A stretch of 64,000 nucleotides of DNA from Eledone cirrhosa (Eukaryota): NCBI GenBank assembly GCA_964016885.1, contig OZ024743.1, forward strand, positions 225,680,001 through 225,744,000, read 5' to 3'. Both the position numbers and the translations under genes were made by a program. The notes beneath the pieces are model-generated. The model was not told the DNA's origin. It made no database searches and saw only the letters and a list, made by a program, of their open reading frames with translations. Each line of letters begins with the position of its first letter. The stretch's first letter is position 1. Shown here piece after piece: positions 12,635 through 28,536 of this stretch.

Positions 12635-13149
12635 ATGATGGCTCCAAACTCTGCAAAGAGTATTGCAATCGCTTGTCAGATTATAGAGTTTGGTGTACTT
12701 TTTAGGCTACCGCCAGCCACACATACCTGAAAAGCAATGCCTGTACTTTGAATGTTTTTTTAAGTGGGGAAAGGTCTTGTACTCGACCAATCCCACTCTC
12801 TGAGCATCGAAAACACTACCCGAAAAGGAGAACTGGTCAACATTATCGGATGCTTCCGAAGCCACAGATTTTTCTTTCAGAGTTTCCCTCTCCTAGAAAG
12901 GTGTTGTGACAATAACTGGGGTCCTTTCACTCCCGGGTGAAAAAAAAATGTACTATTTGGATGGCCATTGACTCTTCTGAGTTCCTCCGCCCTTTGCCGG
13001 GTCTTGTATTTCATCCCGCAGGGTCTCCAAATATCACCCTCCTCACCAAGCAAACTTGGCGGGGTTACCGGTATAATCGCTGACGACCCGACTATGAGAC
13101 AGGTTGTACTGGGTTACTTGTTACCAGTAGCACTCGAGAGCGACCTGAC
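12635..13149 (-). mobile_element. RTE-derived short element (third subfamily)
   Basis: Its 3' ~50 nt (CTGACAAGCGATTGCAATACTCTT.GCAGAGTTTG.AGCCATCAT) nearly match the RTE 3' end at ~25385-25431. The 5' part is shared with the 7949-8537 family. (CATA)n flanks. Confidence 0.8.
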
Positions 13150-15830
<2,681 letters not shown>

Positions 15831-15959
15831 CTAGCTAGCTAGAGAGCTAGATAGGTTGGTAGATAACTAGGTAGCTAGCTAGATAGATAGTTAGTTAGAG
15901 ATAGAGATAGATAGATTGATAAATCGGTATATATAGAGATATATAAATTGGTGGCCAGA

Positions 15960-16272
15960 TAAATAGATATGTTTCTTTTATTTGCCACAAGGGCATCAAA
16001 AGTGGAACAAGTACAATGGGGGGAGTTTACAAAACAAGGCGTCCTCAATAGGGAGGAGGCAATAACAATATATAAAAATAAAATAAAATATAACAAAAAA
16101 TAGAATTATAACAAAATCCTCAATAGAGGATTTTGTTATAAAATATAACAAAAAATAAAATTTATAACAAAATCCTCAATAGAGAGGAGGCGCCTTGGGG
16201 GGTCGCACACACCCCCGAAAAAAGTGTGCAACCCTTTTCCTCAGGAGCACAGAGAGGGGGTGCTCCCTCGTT
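15960..16272 (-). mobile_element. Tx1/L1 3' UTR fragment within (GATA)n
   Basis: Reverse complement of 62690-62935. GATA-type repeats on both sides. Confidence 0.8.
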
Positions 16273-16769
16273 ATAGATAGACAGATAACTAGATAGACAG
16301 GCAGATATATATATATATCGAGAGAGAGAGAGAGAGAGAGGCGGGGGTGGGGAGATAGCTAGCTAGCTAAATAGATAGATAGAAAGATAGTAGATAGCTA
16401 GATAGATAGATAGAGACACAGATAATGATAAAAACAAATAATAACTAACATGTTAAAAAAATGAAAAAAAAAATCATCACAAATAAACATCAAATATACA
16501 GCACAAAATTTTCAAATACAGGACAAAAAATTTTCAAAGCAGATAGTTTTCTTGGAATATGATTGTCTGAAGAAATTATCTTCAGTTCTTCAGTGGCATT
16601 AACATAATAAGTCCATTGCACCATTATTTGTGGTAGAGAATCAAAAGTTTTATTTAATGTCCCAATAAATAAAAGAATAACAAATTAACAATGGAATGGT
16701 GAGAATGGAAACATAGAAAGCATACATACACGCATATAAACACACACATGTATGTATATATCTATCTAT

Positions 16770-16803
<34 letters not shown>

Positions 16804-16870
16804 ATATGTATGTATGTTTGTATGTATTTATGTATGTATGTAAATACATATAAATATACACATGAGTGTA

Positions 16871-16962
<92 letters not shown>

Positions 16963-16966
<4 letters not shown>

Positions 16967-17300
16967 AACCAGTAAGACCCCGACAGCTGAGCTCAAGCCG
17001 TTTCGACGGCTAATTCTGGACTAAATGAAAATTTATCCTGGTATTTAAATAGCCGATCTTCTCAAGGGGTAATTCCATATATGGTCAAAGTGATTGTCAA
17101 AAATCAGTAGTAATTCTGTGGTTGCAAATTAGTAGGGGAGATGGTGGCTAAACCTGCCAGTAGGAGAAAGAAGGGAGGGGGTGGAGTAGACCCAATCAGC
17201 TGTCGGGGTCTTACTGGTTCCTATTACCCACTCTACTACCTCAAGTATTGAGTACTTTGGTGCGTTATGGTCCACCTGGTTCCCTACCACATTTCCTTCG

Positions 17301-17303
<3 letters not shown>
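16963..17303. mobile_element. Fold-back insert in (TA)n, family A, longest copy with a complete HHR
   Basis: Left arm 16963-~17196 inverted, short right arm ~17197-17223, tail to 17303. Confidence 0.85.
16977..17070 (-). ncRNA. Type I hammerhead ribozyme, U3-A8 variant with long stem II loop
   Basis: Minus strand: ACCCC-TTGAGAA-GA(T)CGGCTA..loop..TAGCCGTC-GAAA-CGGCT TGAGCTC AGCTG-TC^-GGGGT. Confidence 0.8.
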
Positions 17304-17338
<35 letters not shown>

Positions 17339-17340
<2 letters not shown>

Positions 17341-17839
17341 TAAGGTTTGTTGGTTCCCCACTGGATAGAACTGGTCATTCCGTATGGTCAATCCTGGTGT
17401 AATATTGTGAAAAGTACTCAACGCAGTGCAGTTCACCCATCTTCGTTTGTGTAGTTGGTGGTCCGAATACGGAGTTAATTATAAATGAAGTAACAGGAGG
17501 CTGGACTGGTGTAAATCCTTGAAAGGTTTATTATACTATGATCATTTCAATGACCGGGTTCCGTATGAATCCGGTCATATCATCAGGTATTGGAATATAA
17601 CAAAGGAATATGTAAAAAGAATTTGAGGGCGGCTGGCTGTGAGCTAGTTGGTCAGCCGCCTTCTCTGTCTCTGGTTTCTCGGACCCATGGTTTTTCGGAC
17701 CCATGGCTTTTTACATATTCCTTTGTTATATTCCAATACCTGATGATATCACCGGATTCATATGGAACCCGGTCATTGAAATGATCATAGTATAATAAAC
17801 CTTTCAAGGATTTACACCAGTCCAGCCTCCTCTTACTTC

Positions 17840-17843
<4 letters not shown>
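17339..17843. mobile_element. Fold-back insert in (TA)n, family B, two HHRs
   Basis: ~17481-17619 is inverted relative to ~17707-17843. ~140-nt tail on the left. (TA)n on both sides. Confidence 0.85.
17736..17793 (+). ncRNA. Type I hammerhead ribozyme (second copy 17533-17590 on -)
   Basis: ATAC-CTGATGA-T-AT(C/G)ACCGG..CCGGTCAT-T-GAAA-TGATCA-TA^-GTAT. Palindromic stem III, U.U opening of stem II. Confidence 0.85.
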
Positions 17844-17878
<35 letters not shown>

Positions 17879-18026
17879 TAAATTCAGCGAGAATCGCATT
17901 TCGGCGGGTAGAAAAAGCGAAACGAAACGCAAAATCAGAGTTATTATATATATATATATATGTATGTGTGTGTATGTGTGAGTTTGTATGTGTGTGTGTG
18001 TAAATACGTATAAACATACACGCGCG

Positions 18027-18181
<155 letters not shown>

Positions 18182-18289
18182 CACACATATATAAGTATAC
18201 AAACATTTGCATATAGATATTACATCCATATGTGAAGTTATCTATGCATACAAACAAGGAAGTAGTGCTAAATATACAACGTAGAGTTA

Positions 18290-18820
18290 TAAGTGTTTTT
18301 ACATTTGGTACAAAGCCAGAAATTTGAAGGGAAAGGGTAGGTTGAGACTAATGATAATGGTTTCTGAATTAAGCACAAGGCCAGCAATTTTGTGGAGGGT
18401 GGAGGTGGGGTGGGGGATTCGATTAAATCGACCCCAGTGCGTGACTGGTACTTTATTTTATCGACACTGTAAGTATGAAAGGCAAAGCTAACCTCAGCGG
18501 GATATGTTGATAATAATAATAATAATTGTTTCTACCTTTTGGCAAAAGGCCACCAATTACCCCAGTACATTACTGGTACTTTACTTTATCAACCCCGTAA
18601 GGATGAAAGGCAAAGTTAACCTCGGCGTGATTTGAAATCAGAATGGCAAGGGCCGTAACTATATGCGTCAAAGCTTGGCGTCCGACCCTCTACCGATACT
18701 GCCAATAATAATTGTTTCTACTTTTTGGCACAAGGCCAGCAATTATCCCAGTGTATTACTGGTACTTTATTTTACCGACCCCGTAAGGATGAAAGGCAAA
18801 GTTAACCTCGGCAGGATTAT
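18290..18820 (-). mobile_element. Cluster of SINE family 1 copies and fragments separated by (AAT)n
   Basis: Repeated TTGTTTCTAC..GGCACAAGGCCAGCAATT...GGATGAAAGGCAAAG. Confidence 0.8.
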
Positions 18821-18839
18821 ATAATAATAATAATAATAA

Positions 18840-19360
18840 AGTCGTTAATCTGAGTTTTACGTTAAGAGATTCATAATATGGTTGGCTTAGTTAACAAAAT
18901 ATTAATGATTGATCCTAAATAAGGGGTGGGCTTAATGGATTATCTCTCGCACTCCCCATCTCTCACTATTATAAGCTATTATAAGGGAGCCTACGCTTCG
19001 GCCGCCTTGTGGCCCTGGCGGATAGAATAGAGAAAGTGTTTCCCCGGGGGTCGGTGAGGGAGACGCGTTGGAAGAGTCATTCCAGCTTGCGAGGCTCACA
19101 CCAGCGGGTAGCCCCCTCCGTGCCGATGGTGGTAAGTAGGGCGGTTGTCTTGGGGCCAAGGACACTAGTATTCTCCACTGCTCCGGGTTCAACCACAAAC
19201 CTGTCGGCCCGAAGTGCAGCAAAGCCTGGATTATTCGCAGACTGCACCAGGTTGCCACTGGAGACGTATTCAAAACAAGAAATGTGGAACTCAGTATCGA
19301 AAGGCGTTCATTTAAAACTTGGAGAAACATCTGATAAATGTGATACTCTCCCCACCACAT
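18840..19360 (-). pseudogene. CRE-clade retrotransposon 3' remnant with (TTA)n tail
   Basis: Manual translation EPGAVENTSVLGPKTTALLTTIG...EPRKLE*LFQRVS, homologous to 12030-12230. Confidence 0.65.
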
Positions 19361-19438
19361 CTCTATGTATGTATGTATGTATGTATGTATGTATGTATGT
19401 ATGTATGTATGTATGTATGTATGTATGTATGTATGTAT

Positions 19439-20048
19439 GTCAGGTCACCAGTTGGTGCTACTGGTAACATGTATCCCAGTACAACCTGTCTCATCGTCGG
19501 GTCGTTGGCGACTAAACTGGCAACCCCACCAAGGTTTCTTGGTGAGGAGGGTGACTTTAGACATCCTGCAGGACTAAAACCAAAACCTGTTAAAGGGCAG
19601 AGGACCTCTTAAGAGTCAATGGCCATCCAAAATCACCGGGAGAGATGACCCCTTAGCCTCTGTCAAGGCAGAATTCTAGGAGAAGGAAAACTCTGATATA
19701 ACACCTGCAACCCTGATGGTATCCAATGATGTTGACTTGTTCTCCTTTTTGGTAAATATCATCTTGGTTAAGAGAGTGGGACTGGCCTTGTGCAGTGCCT
19801 TTGCTCACTATAAAAGCTTCACGGCACAGACATTACTTTATATCTGGAGATCTCTCTGCACTTGTCGTCACATGGTACCATGGGCCCAGCACTATGTGTC
19901 AATAATAATCACAAGTGTAGTGTTTGTACCAGAGTTTTCAAGTTGCTGGCTGGACTAAAATGTCACACCTGTTCAGCGCATCGGTAGGGGTTCTCCTACA
20001 TGGATATAAAGTAGTGGCTGTACTCGAAAACGAGTTGGCAGCCACCAT
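19439..20048 (+). mobile_element. Non-autonomous RTE-derived short element
   Basis: Full-length copy flanked by (GTAT)n. Confidence 0.8.
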
Positions 20049-20084
20049 GTATGTATGTATATATATAATATTTATATAATAATG

Positions 20085-21453
20085 CTTTCTTTATTAACCA
20101 CAAGGTTTACATAAAGTAGACATTAAGGACAGTACAGGACGGTACAAATGGGCATTTCTGCGTGTAAAAAAAACAAAAACAGAGGATGTAACAAAAAATA
20201 ACAATGAAAAATTCCCCAATAGGGGGGAGACTTCCGAGGGACATTTGTGGAGATAGCCCATTAAAAGCCACAGTGACCCTGACCACCAGGGCAAGTGCCC
20301 TCTCCCAGTTTTCCACCTTTAATTTACAGACACATACTCATAGTAGGCCCATTCACTCGGGCCATACTTGCTTCTCTCACCCATCTTTCAACAAAATGCT
20401 TGGAAGAGAGCACTTGCCTCTCTACCCTGATTTTCCTTTTCAAATGAAATTTGAAAAAGTTAATCAGGGCATCACCGAAGAGGTAAGTGCCCGTCTTTCA
20501 GCACTTTCAAACGTGTCCACCATACTATCTCTTTCGCCATGGCAACCAGACAGATAAAAACTGCCTGCCCTTCCCGGCTAAAGGAAGAGGGCGGGAGAAT
20601 CCTCACGATGGTCTCAGCTGATAGCTGGATCCGTCCTACACGTAACAGCAGGTGTTCGACATAAACCCACAAGTCAGCAATGCTCGGACACTGGACGAGT
20701 GCGTGCAGGACGGTTTCGTCGTCCTGCGCGCATCTCGGACATGCCCGGCTGACGGCATCTCCATGCCTGTAGAGTTTATCCCGAACTGGCAAAGCTCCTC
20801 GGTAGCACTGCCAGGCCAGGGATTTCTGGAAGTTGTCCATACGCCCCGGCCCGAAAGTTCTTCCGAAGAGATTGGCTAGTTGATTTTCGTCGACGCCTAG
20901 AGTTTCTCCAAGTACGTCGTCGCTCTTCCCCTCCACTAATCCTCTATAGAACGCCATGGTGGAGTTTCCAGTGGAGTTCATTTTGGTTGACCTCATTTCG
21001 ATATCACGAGTTAATTTATTTTTTTCTTTTGTTTCTGTTGTCGCTGTGGTTGTGGTGGGGGTGGCGGCTTTAACACCTGCAGTCATTGGTAATGGCGGGA
21101 AATGAATGTTTGCCTGAGACAAATTTAAAATATTGCTACTGCTTATATTTTTAGTGTTGGCAAACGTAGTATCATTTACAATGGTGGTGTCGGTGTGAGG
21201 TGTTAGTTTGTGAGGAAGGTGTAACTCTGAGTCGTCCATGATTTTTCAAAGAAAAACTTTTGTTTGATAATTATAAAAGTTTAAATTTTGGGCTCAAGGC
21301 CCCAATCTTTTTGGGTGTCCTTTTCAGATAACAATGTATGTGCACTTATATACAGTTAACAATAAAAATTTTCCATAAATGGCAATTTTAAACAACTGAA
21401 AATAACAAACCTTTGCGGAGCTCACGATGATACGATTTACTACGTAGGTCGCC

Positions 21454-21455
<2 letters not shown>
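20085..21455 (-). mobile_element. Internally deleted Tx1/L1 element (5' UTR and ORF1-like start fused to ORF2 C-terminus)
   Basis: ORF 20472..21239 has a Thr/Asn-rich N-terminus, then MDNFQKSLAWQCYRGALPVRDKL...CPRC..ETVLHALVQC. 3' end TGTGG..AATAAAGAAAG. (TTA)n context. Confidence 0.75.
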
Positions 21456-21489
<34 letters not shown>

Positions 21490-21584
21490 TGTTTCTATTT
21501 TAGGCACAAGGCCAGCAATTACCTAGTACATTACTGGTACTTTATTTTATCGACCCCGTAAGGATGAAAGGCAAAATAATGATT

Positions 21585-24031
21585 TCATTTATTGGCCACA
21601 AGGGTAGACATGCAGGGTGCAATACAAAAACACAGACAGTGGGGGCGGGGAGGAGGGGTTTACAGTAAGGTTAGTAAAAGTGCACAATGGCAAGACTTAT
21701 TTAACAATGAAGATATAAAAATATAAAATAATCTATGTATAAATATAACAAAATAAATTCCCCTGTAGTGGGTGACTCAGGTACCCCACCAATCCTGAAC
21801 CACCCTGCGCTTCTAGGGCACCCAGGGAGAGCATCCCTCTCCTCAAATTAGCTAGCCTATAGGCGCATGGCCATTCTCCCCACATTCATCCACCTTTTAG
21901 CAAATGTACTTGGAGGGGGGGGGGGCACTTCTCTCTCCACCTTCACCTTCCTTTCCAGGTGAAACTTGAAGAAGTTGATGAGGGATTGGCCGAAGAGAAA
22001 AGTGTCTGTCTTCAGTCCTTTCAATCTGGTCCATCATATAACCCCTTTCGCAACTGCCACCAGACAGAGGAAAATTGCCTGCTCTTCCTGGCCAAAGGAA
22101 GGCGGCGGGTCGATCTTCACTATGGACTCGGCCGATAGCCGGATCTGTTCTACACACGCGACAGTAGCTGTTCGACATAACTCCACAAGTCAGTAATGCA
22201 CGGGCATCGGACAGCGCGTGCAGAACGGTTTCATCGCTCTGTGCGCATAGAGTTTATCCCGAACCGATAGTGCCCCCCCCCCCCCCCGGTATCACTGCCA
22301 TTCGAAGGATTTCTGGAAATTGTCCATCGTCCCCGGCTCGAAAGTCCTCCGGAACAGACTGGCAGTTCGACTTCGTCGAGGCCCAAAGCTTCTCCGAGTG
22401 CGTCATCGCACTTTCCCACCACTAATCCTCTATAGAACTCGAGAGTGGAAGTTCCACTGATCGCATTGTCCGCTTGGTAGAGGACAGTGAGTGCCTGGCA
22501 ACATTCCAGTCATCCAGTCTTGGTCTCTTCTTGACCCAGGACTGCAGCTCAGTCAAAGAAACGAGCTGCGGAAAGGCCTGTCTGATAAACGGTGACCACA
22601 CCTGTTCACCGTTTAGGCAGAATATCTGGAGATGTCGCAGCTTCAGAGCATGTCTGCGCATCATTAGCCACGGCATGCCCAGCCCTCCACGTAGAGGGTG
22701 TTGGCAACAGATGGACCGCCTGACCAACGGAATTATCCTCTCCACAAGAATTTGAAGTGGAGCCGTTCCAAATTGGCGAAGCGCAGATGGCGGCAAGGCA
22801 CGACGGTCAGGCGGTAGTAGATGACGGACGCGATGTACGCATTCGCCACCTTCGCGCGATCTTTTATTGATAGCTTCCTCGCAGCCCATTTTTGGGTGAG
22901 ACTGGCTACCTTGCTCGTTACCTCGTTCCAATTCTCTTCCACCTGGAGGTCTGGTCCGAACCAATAAGGTGCCGACCACCTCAATTTCTGAGGGGTCCGA
23001 CACCATTACGGTGATGTCGTCCGCATAAGCCAACACAGCCTTTCCACGTCCCGGTTCGAGTGGGATGCTCTGCGACAGCTCCAGCTTCCGCAGTAAAGGC
23101 TCGAGAGTCAATCCGTACAAAAGGGAAGAGAGAGGGCACTCTTGACGGACCGATCGGGAGAGCCGAAACAGTTCCGAGAGGTGGCCATTAACCTTGACCA
23201 CCGAGCAGGTGCCGCTGTGCATTGCAGCGACCCAGATTCTGAAGACAAGGCCAAAGCCAGCTGCTTTGAGGACAGCCTCCGATGGTTGACCCTATCGAAT
23301 GCTTTCGATTGATCTAAATTGATCAGTGTCCCACCGAAGCCAGGTTTACACCCTACCCTCTCTATGATGTATCGCATGTGGTGGAGGTTGTCGTGTATGG
23401 ACCTGGCTGGAATTGCGCAAGTCTGCGCCTCCCCAACAAAATCCTCGACGACAAGCGCCAATCTCTTTGCTAACACCTTGGCCAAAATCTTAAACTCTGT
23501 GTTGAGCAGAGTTATGGGCCTGAAGTTGTCTAATGTATCCCTCTTGTTCTCGTCTTTCCTTATCAGCGTCACCACTCCCCTGCTCACAGAACTGGGGATA
23601 CTCCCATTCTGCTGCCAGTTGCAGTAGGCCGCTTCGAGGAGGTCGGAGAACAAGTCTGGCATATTTACGTAAAGCTCGTAGGGCAAGCCATCCAAACCGG
23701 GTGATTTGAGCCTCATGCAGCCGACAAGGGCGTCCTGAATTTCGGCTGAAGTAATCGGCCTTTCGCAGTGCTCATCGTCGACCGTCGAGATACGCGGCAA
23801 GCCGTCAAGGTAGGGACTGACATCCGCTACTGTCTCTGACCCGCCACTCTCCCCGAACAACCGAGCAAAGTGCTAGCGAAAAGCCTCACACATCCGCTTG
23901 GAATCGCTTATCTCGTGTCCGTCTCGGTCCGGCAAAGACCGAATTGTGGTTTTATTACCACGCTGCGCCTCCGCCACGCGGGCCCATCGAACAGCTTTGG
24001 CTCTTTCGTTTCTCGGCGCACGCGCTTTAGC

Positions 24032-24033
<2 letters not shown>
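21585..24033 (-). mobile_element. 5'-truncated Tx1/L1 LINE, degenerate ORF2 (RT)
   Basis: KSPGLDGLP, NFRPITLLN, LDQSKAFDRV, SVRQECPLS, AYADD; several frameshifts. Confidence 0.92.
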
Positions 24034-24091
<58 letters not shown>

Positions 24092-24228
24092 ACCTGTAGA
24101 GCAAATATATATTATATATATATAAATATATAAAACATCTATTTTGTGTTTATATATTATGTATATCTGTATACATGCATGTGTGTATGAGTATGTATAT
24201 ATATGCATTCATGTATGTATGTATGTAT

Positions 24229-25431
24229 GTCAGATATCGCACTTCCGGCAACTGTTTAACCTTAGGCGTCTCTCTCTGCCAACACTAAGATACTGAGTAC
24301 CTTGATCAGAGAATTTATATATGCAGATGATTGTGATCTCTTTGCACACCTCCAGAGTGACATGCAACACTTTATGGATTCTATTTCCAATGCGTTCAGT
24401 GCTTTGGGACTGACAATCAGTTTGAAGAAAACTGTCGTCATGTACCAACCTGCTCCGGATAGAGTTTTCAATGAACCCTCCATATACGTATACGGTCAAA
24501 AGCTGAAGGTTGCTGACACTTTTGTGTATTTGGGGAGTACTCTGAGTGTGGCATGCTCTCTGGATGCAGAAGTTGGTCTACGTGTTAGTAAGGCAAGTGA
24601 GTCATTTGGAAGGCTCAACGACCGTCTTTGAATCACAATGAGGACCAAGGTGAGAGTGTATGCTGCATGTGTACTGTCAGCTTTGCTGTATGCATGTGAG
24701 ACATGGGTTGCCTACAAACGGCATATCCACAGACTGGAACAGTTTCACCAGCAGTGTCTCAGAAAGATACTCGGTATCAAGTGGCAGATGCATGTGAGTG
24801 ATGTTGAGGTCCTTGAGAGAAGTGAGTGTCGGAGCATTGAGCGTATCATCCACCAACGGCGTTTGCGAGGGACCGGACACCTCTGTAGAATGGAGGATGA
24901 TCGAATCCCAAAACAACTCTTGTATGGCGAGCTCTGATTCAAGGATTGTATAAAGGACTCATTGAAAAAAAACTGGTTTGATGATGGCTGACTGGGAGAT
25001 AGAAGCTCTTGAAAGAAAAATTAGGCGTGGAATGGTGAATGATGGGGTCCATAATTTTGAGGACAGACGCATAGAGCACGAGAAGATCAAACGCGATGTG
25101 CGTAACCATGCCCTGGTGTATCTCTCGAAACGATCGGTGTCTCCATTGAATTGAAATGCCCTGAGTGTGGAAAAATTTGCTTGAGCAAATCTGGTCTCAG
25201 GAGGCACGTTCGCAGCCATGTTCAAAGAGAACCAGTGAACTATGATCTCCATGGTGTTGTGATGGTTCACAGGCAACCTGATGCAGGACCTCAAGCCAGG
25301 GAGATCCATAGTTTTCGTCAGTGTGTGAAGGAGTGCAAGTCTCTAGCAGGCGTGAAAAGCCATATCCGAGCGTCACACATCTGAATCTGACAAGCGATTG
25401 CAATACTCTTGGCAGAGTTTGCAGCCATCAT
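24229..25431 (+). mobile_element. 5'-truncated RTE-clade LINE
   Basis: IREFIYADDC, GLTISLKKT, FVYLGS, LLYACETW, RIPKQLLYGEL and C2H2-like fingers (CPECGKICLSKSGLRRH), with stops. (TATG)n on both sides. Confidence 0.92.
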
Positions 25432-25730
25432 GTATGTATGTATGAATGAATATGCGTCCATATTTTTTCATTATCACAGGAGTCATTCATTTCTTACATC
25501 TTAGAAAAATATGTGAGTGCACCCCCACATATACATACATACAAATATACATACATACATACATACATACATACACACACACATACACACATACATACAA
25601 ACATGCGTACATACAAACATACACACATACATACAGATTTACATACATACATACAAACATACATACATGCATACCTTTAAACATACATACACACACACAC
25701 ACACAGATGCACATACATTCCCTATCAAAC

Positions 25731-25949
<219 letters not shown>

Positions 25950-27181
25950 TGAATTTCCTTGCGTACCGTTTTGTACCACAGATGCGATCTCACCCTGCCT
26001 CGTTAATGTCCTATCGACACCAAAGTTCAACGTTCGGGCGAATAGATTTGAATCCAACCACCAACAACATAGCTGGATGACCGATAATCACACCAAACCG
26101 GAGTACTGTGATCCTTGTGATTTCCAGATATACAACCACTGACACTGTTACGAAGACCAGAAAACCATACTCCATATATTGAACCAAGTGATTGATTTGT
26201 GCGACCAAAATAACACCAAACGCATATTGAACTAGGAATATTGGATCCTCCGTCAATGTCCGGGTGAGCAAAAATAGATTTCTATCTGCATTGGAATTTA
26301 CGAACTTGTGCATCTGCTGTGGTGTCAAAAACAAACGCACATGACCGCACAAATAAACAATGGACCATGCCACGTGGCTTGAACCCGTAAGTGAATTGAA
26401 GGTTCTGCAACTCTGATACACAGATTATTTATTATTAAGATGTATAAACTTGACATAACTATTATCATCTTATATTCTCTCAACTAATCACACTTGATCA
26501 TATTTCTCTATCCCGTTTTCTCCCCCCATAATTATTATATTTTTATTATTATTTTAAAAGATCGGTTTTTTTTGCATTGTGTTTTCCCCTCCAAATATTC
26601 GCTTATATTTCTTTATATATTCTCTATATATTTTTTTATCTTTATTTTTTTATCTTTATTATTTCCACTCTTATCCTCCTTTATATTTTACCTTATTCTT
26701 ACTTTTATACCTTATTATAGTGTAATCTTCCCCATGCCTTATTATACACTATTAATTATAGATTATTATTATTACTCTTTTTCCATTTCTAATTACCTCA
26801 TGTACTTTCTCCTCCGCTATATATATATATATATTGTACGCCCTTTGTGTTTGTGTAGCCTCTGCGCACCCTCTGCACCATACTATCGACGCCACCCCAT
26901 CTATGGTTCAGCTAACCACCCGACTCCCGGGAATGAATATGACCGCAGCTAGTAAACAAGGACCCACACCCCACCCTCCCGCACCAAAATTAGACTTATC
27001 GTCCCCTACTTTTGCTCTTTACTCTCTTTACTCTTTGTTCTTGAATGTTTGGTTGGTAGAGTCCATAACACCAATCAAACCCCTTTTATAGCTCTGACGA
27101 ATCCTACGGTTACGTAAGGAAGAAACATTGTAAGCCAATAAAAATCTTTTGATGTTGTAGACGCTCTTGTGTTCTTTTTCA
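25950..27181 (+). mobile_element. Probable degenerate PLE 3' part: GIY-YIG remnant, AT-rich spacer, HHR-bearing end
   Basis: Manual translation ...FNVRAN...IYNH*H...QVIDLC...EYWIL and later MPRGLNP*. ExxWI and PxGLN occur at the end of PLE GIY-YIG domains. HHR at 27091. Bounded by (TA)n. Confidence 0.5.
27091..27135 (+). ncRNA. Minimal type I hammerhead ribozyme
   Basis: GCT-CTGACGA-A-TCCT..AGGA-A-GAAA-CATTG-TA^-AGC, followed by AATAAA. Stem I is short. Confidence 0.7.
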
Positions 27182-27489
27182 TATATATATATATACGTTT
27201 ACATATATGTATTGCATAACTATACACACGCTATCTTTTGAATTTGGTTGCTTAAAAGATAACATGCGATTATTAGTAGAAAATTTCGATAAACACAACC
27301 TGTTTTGTTACGGATCTTGTTGCTTTTAATATTCAGATTTATTCATTGCGTTTTAAAAATATTTTTTAATGTTTATACATACGTTTCTTTTTATTTTACA
27401 AGCAGACAAATATTTTCGTCTGCAATATGAGAAAATTATACATTAAGCCGTCTACAGGTGTAGCGCTCTTTTTTCTATGTGAGGCTATG

Positions 27490-27920
27490 TTCATTTGTGT
27501 GTACGTGTGCGTGTCCGTTTTTGTGTGTTTGTGTGTTCGTGTGTATGTGTGACTTTGTGTGGTTGTGTGGTTGTGTGGTTGTGTGTTCGTGTTTATGTGT
27601 GACTTTGTGTGGTTGTGTGGTTGTGTGGTTGTGTGTTCGTGTGTATGTATGACTTTGTGTGGTTGTGTGGTTGTGTGGTTGTGTGTTCGTGTGTATGTGT
27701 GACTTTTTGCTTGTCTCTCTCTGTGTGCAAGTGGATGTGTGTGTGTTTCTTTGTGTGGTTGTGTGTTTGTGTTTATGTTTGTGTGTATGTATGGGTATGT
27801 GTTTGCGTGTGTGTGTATGTCTGGGTGCATTATGTGTGTGTGTGTGAGTGTGTGTGGTTTGTATGTTTGTGCGTATGTGTGTGAGTATGTGTTTGTCTGT
27901 GTGTATGTGTGTGTGTGTAA
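27490..27920. repeat. GT-rich minisatellite (GTGTGGTT-based, ~50-bp unit)
   Basis: Read directly from the sequence. Confidence 0.85.
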
Positions 27921-28421
27921 GTGGTGAAGATATTCTTCTTACAATCATAAAGTTTTGAGTTCGATTCCCGGATCGAGCAACAATTTGTATCCTTGATCTA
28001 AACAATTGCAACATTCGCCGTCGGAATCGATAGAGTTCCATCACTACACGTACTTTAGGAATACTTAGCCACTCTCGCACATTAATTTCAGGAATTAGCT
28101 GTTCAAACAACTAGAACACTCATCGTCGAAAACGACGGATGTCCAACACTCGATCATTAATGTGTGTGAAATAGTTTCATTAGATTTAATAGAGCTGAAA
28201 TCGTACTTTCAGCAAGGCACATGAGGATTATATCTCACTTCTATGACCTAATTTTAAACATTTTATCACAGTTAGATGTCCATGTGATATGAGAATATCC
28301 TGTTGACATCATCTCCATCACATGGAAGAAGATATTTTGACAATCATATCCACAATAGTAATTATTTTTTCAAAGTCTAATTATTTTCCTGATTCGGAAC
28401 ATAAACAAAGCTGAAACGGAA

Positions 28422-28536
<115 letters not shown>

